Origin: Candidatus Sigynarchaeum calidifontis
GTDB taxonomy: Archaea > Asgardarchaeota > Lokiarchaeia > Sigyniarchaeales > Sigyniarchaeaceae
Assembly: GCA_030587475.2 (NCBI GenBank)
Contig: JAUQYZ020000028.1
Coordinates: 1-13,240, forward strand
Direction: 5' to 3'
DNA length: 13,240 bases
Made by a program: the position numbers and the translations under genes. Below, piece by piece: positions 7,631 to 13,240 of this stretch; within the stretch, counting starts at the first letter, position 1; every line of letters begins with the position of its first letter. The notes under the pieces were generated by a model that did not search any database, was not told where the DNA came from, and was given only the letters and a program-made list of their open reading frames with translations.

Positions 7631-9385
7631 TCATGTAGCGGTCAAGGCCAGGAACCGCTCCATGTAATAGATGCAAACTTGATTGTAGAAGTTATTGTAG
7701 AAGATGTCGAACATGTGCCCAGCCCCGTTGAACGTTCCAAGGATGCAAGGTGCCCCGATTGCCACCATGCGTGCTTGAAACGCCTCTGCTTGGGCTATCG
7801 GGACGACCCCGTCCGCGGTCCCGTGGAAGCACAAGACCGGGGGGCTCGATGGCGAGACGAGCTCGATCGGGTTGAAGTGCCAGAACTCGGCCGCGGGCAC
7901 GCCGAACAACTCCTCCCCGCCAGCCAGGCCCATGAGATGGCTGATGTTTGTCGGCGCGTAAAACGCGATGATACCGCGGCAATCGAGCAACGAGGAAAAA
8001 TTGCCAGCAAAATAAGGCGCATCGTACGCGAGTCCTGCCACGAGCGCGAGGGTGGATCCCGAGCTGCGTCCCAGGAAATACGTGCGAGATAAATCGACAT
8101 GATACTCGTTCGCGTGCGCCTCGAGGAACCGCGTGAGGGTGGCGATCTCCACGATCATGTCCTTGATGGTGAACGTGCCCGCCGAGCCGTTGTAAAGGCC
8201 ATACTGCACGTCCACGACGATGAATCCTTGATCGGCCATGTACCGGCTCGTCGGCGGGACGTTCGATGGACCCTTGTCCCAGTAACGGAAGGAACCGGGA
8301 TGGAGGGCGATGATGACCGGCAGGAGCTTCGATGTCGCGGAGATGCCGGCCGGCCCGTACCAGTCGAATCGCAGCGTTTTTCCCTTGTCCTCCATGTACG
8401 GGATGTCGTGTCGCTCGTCGACGGCCGGGATGGGTATCGTGAGGATGATGTCCTTCAAGGCGACGGGCCTGTCCCTGAAACGGCTCGACGCGGACGCGGG
8501 GATGCTGGTTCTCCATGCAGTGCCGAACGTGCTCGCGAATTGCCGCTCTAGCGAGCCGATCGACGTGCTGGACGAGAAGAGGGGGATCGTGTTGAAAGCC
8601 GCGATGGCCGAGCTCGTGATGACCACGCTCAAGAGGAGCAAGCGATGCCGCTTGCTGCGCGTTCGCGGGACCTGCCTCGCGAGCAAGAAGATGACGGGCA
8701 CGATCAAGAACACGCCGAAAATCGACAAGTTACCTGCCAGCCAGTATTCGACGGACGGGCCGGCCGTCATGAAGATGAACGGGCCATAGACCGCGATCGC
8801 GAGCAGCAGCAGCATGACCCCGATGCTCGTGTTCTTGAGAAATTCCAGGACGTTCATCTTGCGTGCCGGCGCGGGATCGTCGGTGATGGGGCAGTCGAAC
8901 CGCCAGACAGGCGTGCTTCCCCCGTCCTCGCATCCATATTCTATGCCCATTCGGGTGGAAACGTAAGCAAGATACCCGCCGGCGATCGCAAACAAGTGGG
9001 TCGTGATGAACGTTGCGATGGCAATCGCATCGACAAGGAAATGAAGGGGGTTTTTCAAGTCCACGATGAACACGTTCACGGCGGTCACGAGCATGCTCGC
9101 GCCGATCGTCGCGCACGCGACGGCGAGGTACCTCGAGAAATGGGCATGGATCCGCTTGGCCAGTGCATTTCGCCGCCAGTTCAGGTTCGTCCACTTGATG
9201 ACGATGAACGCGAGGTTCAAGAGAGTCGTGCCGATGATGACATCCTCCACGAGCACGTCCAGCCAAAGGTCGAAAAGTACAAGCATTCCGGCGATGCCGA
9301 GGACGATCATGCACGTGTTACTCAAGATAATGAGGCCAGAAAGCACGTGCACGGCTTGCTTGTAGAACACGCGGTAGGCCACCAT
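7631..9385 (-). CDS. Polytopic membrane alpha/beta-hydrolase (HSL/family IV-like esterase domain), paralog 1
   Basis: About 7 N-terminal hydrophobic helices, oxyanion loop HPGS, nucleophile GRSSG, acid HGTADGVVP and base AGHMFD. Confidence 0.9.
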   Translation of the reverse strand: MVAYRVFYKQAVHVLSGLIILSNTCMIVLGIAGMLVLFDLWLDVLVEDVIIGTTLLNLAFIVIKWTNLNWRRNALAKRIHAHFSRYLAVACATIGASMLVTAVNVFIVDLKNPLHFLVDAIAIATFITTHLFAIAGGYLAYVSTRMGIEYGCEDGGSTPVWRFDCPITDDPAPARKMNVLEFLKNTSIGVMLLLLAIAVYGPFIFMTAGPSVEYWLAGNLSIFGVFLIVPVIFLLARQVPRTRSKRHRLLLLSVVITSSAIAAFNTIPLFSSSTSIGSLERQFASTFGTAWRTSIPASASSRFRDRPVALKDIILTIPIPAVDERHDIPYMEDKGKTLRFDWYGPAGISATSKLLPVIIALHPGSFRYWDKGPSNVPPTSRYMADQGFIVVDVQYGLYNGSAGTFTIKDMIVEIATLTRFLEAHANEYHVDLSRTYFLGRSSGSTLALVAGLAYDAPYFAGNFSSLLDCRGIIAFYAPTNISHLMGLAGGEELFGVPAAEFWHFNPIELVSPSSPPVLCFHGTADGVVPIAQAEAFQARMVAIGAPCILGTFNGAGHMFDIFYNNFYNQVCIYYMERFLALTAT

Positions 9386-9467
9386 CGCTCGCCCTTTGTA
9401 TATAGATCATTTATGAGAAACCATTTGTTAACATGGAGATAGTTCCCATGCTTTCTCAAGCTTTGTT

Positions 9468-11216
9468 CTATGCGGTGCAAAGCGCGAGGAACCGCTCCAT
9501 GTAGTAGATGCAAGCCTGGTTGTACGGGTAGTTGTAGAAGATGTCGAACGCGTGGCCCGCGCAGGGGAACTCGCCGATGATGCACTTCCCGCCGGAGGCC
9601 GCCATGGCTGCCTTGAGATCCCTTGAATGCACGGGTGGCACCAGCGTGTCCGAGAGTCCTTGAAAGCACAAGACGGGCGGGCTCGCGGGCGACACGAGAT
9701 CCACGGGATTGAAGTATGAAAATTGTGAATAGGGCACCCCGAAAAACGCGGTGCTCGAATTGTTAAAGAAAGAGAATCGCGTCAAGTTCGCCGGCGGGTA
9801 AAAGGGGATGAGGCCCACGCAGTCGAAGTCGACCGAAAAGTTTCCCGAGAAGTAAGGGTTGTCGTGCCCGAGGCCACAAACGAGGGCGAGGTGCGCCCCG
9901 GCACTCCGCCCGAGAAATACCGTTCTCGAAACATTCGCATGGAACCGGGCCGGGTTCCCGGCGATGAACCGCGTGAGATTGGCGATTTCCATTACCATGT
10001 CCTTGAGCGTGAAGGGAGAGGCGTCATCCTCGTTGTAGAGCCCGTATTGCACGTCGACGACGACGTGGCCGAGGCTGGCGATGTATTTCTGCGTTGGCAT
10101 GATGTTGTAGATGCCTTTATCGTACAATCGCCAGCTACCGCCGTGGATGGCGACGACGACGGGGAGCATGTTCGAAGTCCCGGAAGTGCCTTTTGGTGCA
10201 TACCAGTCGAACCGCAGCGTTTGTCCCTTGTGAACCATGTAGGGAACATCGATCTGCTGCTCCACGGGATCGAGCGGGAGCGTGTAGAAGAAATCATTGA
10301 ACACGACCGGCGCGCTGCGAAATGGACGGTAGGGACTGGGCGGGATGGTCGCTTGCCAGCTTGGCCCGTAGATGGAGGCAAATTGCGCGTCGAGCGAGCT
10401 GATGGTGGATTGGATTTGCACGACGGGGAGCGCGTTGAAAGCCACGAGGACGCAGCCAGCAGATATGATAGCAATGACGAGGGCCCGGTTCGCGCCTCCC
10501 CGGGCACGAGGCACATGGCGGGCGAGCATCAGCGTGCACGGTGGGAGTGCGACGAGTAGCAGCGCCGCCAGGTCTCCTGCAATGAACGAAGGCCAATCGG
10601 CACCGCCCGGGATGAAAATCGCGGGTGCCAGGATCGAGAGCACGAACACGACCAAGATGCAAGCCACGCCGATCGTCTTGAGAAACTTCTTGAAGCCGGG
10701 CTTGAATTCCCACGACGGGTCATCTCTGACAAGCTTCAAGGAAAGGATGATCTCGTCGCCGGCCCCGGTCTCGCCCCGCCCGGGCATGGTGATCGTGAAA
10801 AGCTTGAAACACGCGAGCATGGGGAAGAGATGGACAAGAACATTCAGCACCAGCGCGATAATGATGCAGGACAAGTAGAATATCGAGCCCAGGGAATAAC
10901 CGAGCATGCTCGCCAGTGTAACGAGCGTGTTCCCGAGGATCACGAGCCCGATGCCGACGAGATGCGCGGAAAACCACCACTGGATGCGCGAGGCTTGCTT
11001 ATTCTTCCGATGATTCAATAACACGTGCCCTACCACCGCGATAAACAGGTTAAGTGTAAATGTCGCGACGATGAGCACGTCAAGCAAGACTTCAAGCGTT
11101 GATCCGCTTGCATCGAGCAACGACCACGTGCCCGCAAGCATCACGAGGCCATTGCATGCCACGACCGGAACAGCGAGGCCACGAACCAATCGATGGATGG
11201 CATTCTGCATTGGCAT
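9468..11216 (-). CDS. Polytopic membrane alpha/beta-hydrolase (HSL/family IV-like esterase domain), paralog 2
   Basis: Same architecture as paralog 1: HGGSW, GRSAG, QGLSDTLVP and AGHAFD. ATG 11216 (or 11210) matches the N-terminal length of paralog 1 better than the track start at 11246. Confidence 0.9.
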   Translation of the reverse strand: MPMQNAIHRLVRGLAVPVVACNGLVMLAGTWSLLDASGSTLEVLLDVLIVATFTLNLFIAVVGHVLLNHRKNKQASRIQWWFSAHLVGIGLVILGNTLVTLASMLGYSLGSIFYLSCIIIALVLNVLVHLFPMLACFKLFTITMPGRGETGAGDEIILSLKLVRDDPSWEFKPGFKKFLKTIGVACILVVFVLSILAPAIFIPGGADWPSFIAGDLAALLLVALPPCTLMLARHVPRARGGANRALVIAIISAGCVLVAFNALPVVQIQSTISSLDAQFASIYGPSWQATIPPSPYRPFRSAPVVFNDFFYTLPLDPVEQQIDVPYMVHKGQTLRFDWYAPKGTSGTSNMLPVVVAIHGGSWRLYDKGIYNIMPTQKYIASLGHVVVDVQYGLYNEDDASPFTLKDMVMEIANLTRFIAGNPARFHANVSRTVFLGRSAGAHLALVCGLGHDNPYFSGNFSVDFDCVGLIPFYPPANLTRFSFFNNSSTAFFGVPYSQFSYFNPVDLVSPASPPVLCFQGLSDTLVPPVHSRDLKAAMAASGGKCIIGEFPCAGHAFDIFYNYPYNQACIYYMERFLALCTA

Positions 11217-11349
11217 GGTTGTTATGCTGCTTCCACCGATAATCAACTTGACGCCGCCTTGGAACGCAATCCGAACCTTGCATATCTGTCACGGGACCCA
11301 CGCGCGTCGTGAATTGCCCGCGTCGCATCATTTTTCGTTCCAAAACGGC

Positions 11350-11361
11350 ACGTTTTTATAA
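11350..11361 (+). promoter_or_regulatory. TATA box (putative) in the divergent hydrolase / zinc-ribbon intergenic region
   Basis: TTTTTATAA at 11353-11361, about 45 bp upstream of ATG 11407. Confidence 0.55.
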
Positions 11362-11406
11362 GGGCGATGAATGGCTTCCTCTCGTCCAGTTGTTGGAGTG
11401 ATGCAC

Positions 11407-11697
11407 ATGAACAAGAAGGCCGTGCTAGCCAAGCTAACAGAATTAGAATCGATTATCAAGGAAATTCGTGAGATGCTTCAAGACGAGCCCGCTGAAAAGA
11501 AGGATGGTGAGGCGGGAGCTGCGGACGAAGGTGGCGAGGAAAAGGGCGATTCGACACGCATCGCATGCTCGAAATGCGGTTCGCTCAAGATCATCACGCA
11601 CGTTGACAAGGCGAAGGTGCTGTACTACCACCAGGGTGCCCCGATCTACGCGAAAAAGGGCGTTTGCAGCCAGTGCGGGACGGAAATGCCCTTGTAG
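11407..11697 (+). CDS. Small protein: N-terminal coiled-coil helix, acidic linker, C-terminal CxxC-x29-CxxC zinc ribbon
   Basis: Heptad-like VLAKLTELESIIKEIREML, D/E/G-rich linker, then CSKCG...DK.KVL.Y....PIYAKK..CSQCG. GGAGTGA at 11395-11401 favours a start at 11407 (11401 and 11371 are alternatives). Confidence 0.8.
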   Translation: MNKKAVLAKLTELESIIKEIREMLQDEPAEKKDGEAGAADEGGEEKGDSTRIACSKCGSLKIITHVDKAKVLYYHQGAPIYAKKGVCSQCGTEMPL

Positions 11698-11795
11698 CGT
11701 GAATGGCCCTCCACTTCGCATTCATTCCTTTTATCTATCGGCTTATTCATCCGTGCTGCTGCCGTGGAATCAAGTTCTCGGGGGAGATGCATGGG

Positions 11796-11823
11796 TGACA
11801 AGTGTCAACGGGTCATTTATATA
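11796..11823 (+). promoter_or_regulatory. dnaK promoter: TATA box with upstream palindrome
   Basis: TTTATATA at 11816-11823, preceded by the perfect inverted repeat TGACA-AG-TGTCA at 11796-11807. Confidence 0.55.
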
Positions 11824-11913
11824 GAAGTCCAGATCAGTCATCTTTTTTTGATCCGAGTGATTTATCCGTCAAAAGCGATGCATCAAGTATTGTCCCACTG
11901 AAGGTGTCATCCA

Positions 11914-13240
11914 ATGCCAGAAGCAGACAAGAAAAAGGAAAAAATCGTCGGGATCGACCTTGGTACGTCAAATAGTGCCGCGGCGGTCGTGATCGGGGGT
12001 AAACCCGTCATCATCCCCGCGGCGGAAGGTACCACCATCGGTGGCGGCAAGGCCTTCCCCTCATTCGTTGCTTTCACGAAAGACAAGAACATCCTGGTCG
12101 GTGAACCCGCGAGGCGCCAAGCTATCTCCAACCCCGAGCGCACGATCACGGCGATCAAGCGCAAGATGGGGACCGATTACAAGGTGGAGATCGACGGGAA
12201 AAAGTACACGCCGCAAGAGATCTCCGCCATGATCCTCGCGAAGATCAAGAAAGATACCGAGGAATATCTCAACGAGAAGATCGAGAAGGCCGTCATCACG
12301 GTGCCTGCATACTTCAACGACGCGCAGCGAACTGCGACGAAAGATGCCGGGAAGATCGCCGGCCTCGATGTCGTTCGCATCATCAACGAACCGACCGCGG
12401 CGGCCCTGGCTTACGGGCTCGACAAGGAGGGCGCGACCATGAAGATCGTCGTGCTGGACCTTGGTGGTGGCACGTTCGACGTCACGATAATGGAGATGGG
12501 CGAGGGCGTGTTCCAGGTCATCTCCACGTCCGGCGACACGCAGCTCGGGGGTACCGACATGGACCGGCTCATTCACGAAGACATCGCCGCGGAATTCAAG
12601 CGCAAGGAGAACATCGATCTCCTCAAGGATCCCACGGCCAAGCGACGCCTGCTCGAGGCGGCTGAAAAGGCCAAGATCGAGCTATCCACGACCTTCAGCA
12701 CGCAGATCAACTTGCCCTTCATCGCCCAGGACGCGAGCGGCCCGAAGCATCTCGACATGGAATACACGCGCGCCCGCCTCGAGAAGGTCATCGCTCCCGT
12801 TCTCGATCGCCTTACCCCTTGCATGCAGCGAGCGGTAGATGATGCCAAGATCTCCAAGGACGAGATCAAGAAGATCATCCTCGTTGGCGGTCCTACGCGC
12901 ATGCCATCGGTGCTCGATCGATTCGAGAAGTTCTTCGGGAAAAAGGCTGAACGCGGCGTCGACCCGATGGAAGCCGTTGCCGTTGGTGCAGCGATCCAGG
13001 GCGCCGTCCTTGCCGGCGAGATCAAGGACATCTTGCTGCTCGATGTCACGCCGCTCACGCTAGGCGTGGAAACGCTCGGGAACGTCAGAACACCCATCAT
13101 CGAGCGCAACACCACGGTTCCCGTGAGACGGCAGAAGGTCTTTTCCACGGCGTCGGATAACCAGCCATCCGTCGAGATCCACGTGCTCCAGGGCGAACGT
13201 CCCGTCGCGGCTGGAAACCGGACGCTCGGCCGCTTCATCC
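11914..13240 (+). CDS. dnaK: Hsp70 chaperone DnaK, partial (runs off the right edge)
   Basis: Manual translation from ATG 11914 (AAGGTG SD at 11901-11906) is open to the window end: [88 protein letters not shown], linker [18 protein letters not shown] and HVLQGER. It lacks the N-terminal ~23-aa insertion, as in archaeal and Gram-positive DnaK. Confidence 0.98.
   Translation, partial: MPEADKKKEKIVGIDLGTSNSAAAVVIGGKPVIIPAAEGTTIGGGKAFPSFVAFTKDKNILVGEPARRQAISNPERTITAIKRKMGTDYKVEIDGKKYTPQEISAMILAKIKKDTEEYLNEKIEKAVITVPAYFNDAQRTATKDAGKIAGLDVVRIINEPTAAALAYGLDKEGATMKIVVLDLGGGTFDVTIMEMGEGVFQVISTSGDTQLGGTDMDRLIHEDIAAEFKRKENIDLLKDPTAKRRLLEAAEKAKIELSTTFSTQINLPFIAQDASGPKHLDMEYTRARLEKVIAPVLDRLTPCMQRAVDDAKISKDEIKKIILVGGPTRMPSVLDRFEKFFGKKAERGVDPMEAVAVGAAIQGAVLAGEIKDILLLDVTPLTLGVETLGNVRTPIIERNTTVPVRRQKVFSTASDNQPSVEIHVLQGERPVAAGNRTLGRFI

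Noticed and set aside
7607-11021. Many overlapping Arg/Gly/Ala-rich ORFs over the hydrolase genes
   Set aside because: Alternate-frame or antisense shadows with typical off-frame composition.
11259-11343. 8-bp inverted repeat TTGGAACG / CGTTCCAA and short CGCGTCG direct repeats
   Set aside because: Too short and widely spaced to support a MITE or structured RNA, and no tRNA-like fold is visible.
11407-11697. Calling the zinc-ribbon protein a Hep1/Zim17, TFS or ribosomal protein homolog
   Set aside because: It lacks the DNL/DHL and TFS-type ADE motifs, and the Cys spacing differs.
11878-11901. 7-codon uORF in frame with dnaK (MHQVLSH-TGA)
   Set aside because: No SD of its own, a length expected by chance, and dnaK has a good SD at 11901-11906.
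12061-13238. Minus-strand ORFs (171 and 221 aa) opposite dnaK
   Set aside because: Long antisense frames opposite hsp70 genes are a familiar codon-bias artefact. The real gene is dnaK on +.
1-13240. CRISPR array, rRNA/tRNA, IS or prophage/defence genes
   Set aside because: Intergenic gaps are all under about 220 bp with no periodic repeats, and no transposase, integrase or nuclease motifs were seen.

Overview
GC-rich, gene-dense chromosomal region that looks archaeal, most likely Asgard (Lokiarchaeia-like). The taxonomy is an inference from TATA-like boxes, oligo-T terminators without hairpins, an archaeal-type DnaK and small CxxC zinc-ribbon proteins. Gene order: partial hypothetical gene running off the left edge (-), proA (-), divergent M24 peptidase-family protein (-), Zn-dependent MDR dehydrogenase (+), 4-TM protein with a C-terminal zinc ribbon (+), 119-aa hypothetical (-), LCIB/theta-type carbonic anhydrase (-), dapL (+), two tandem paralogous ~7-TM alpha/beta-hydrolases (-), small coiled-coil/zinc-ribbon protein (+), and dnaK (+), which runs off the right edge. 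The left-edge gene and dnaK are missing from the supplied ORF track. I saw no rRNA, tRNA, CRISPR array or mobile element. The most notable items are an apparently intact LCIB-family (algal CO2-concentrating-mechanism-type) carbonic anhydrase in an archaeal context, and a duplicated N-in/C-out 7-TM protein carrying a probably extracellular, sequon-rich serine hydrolase domain.
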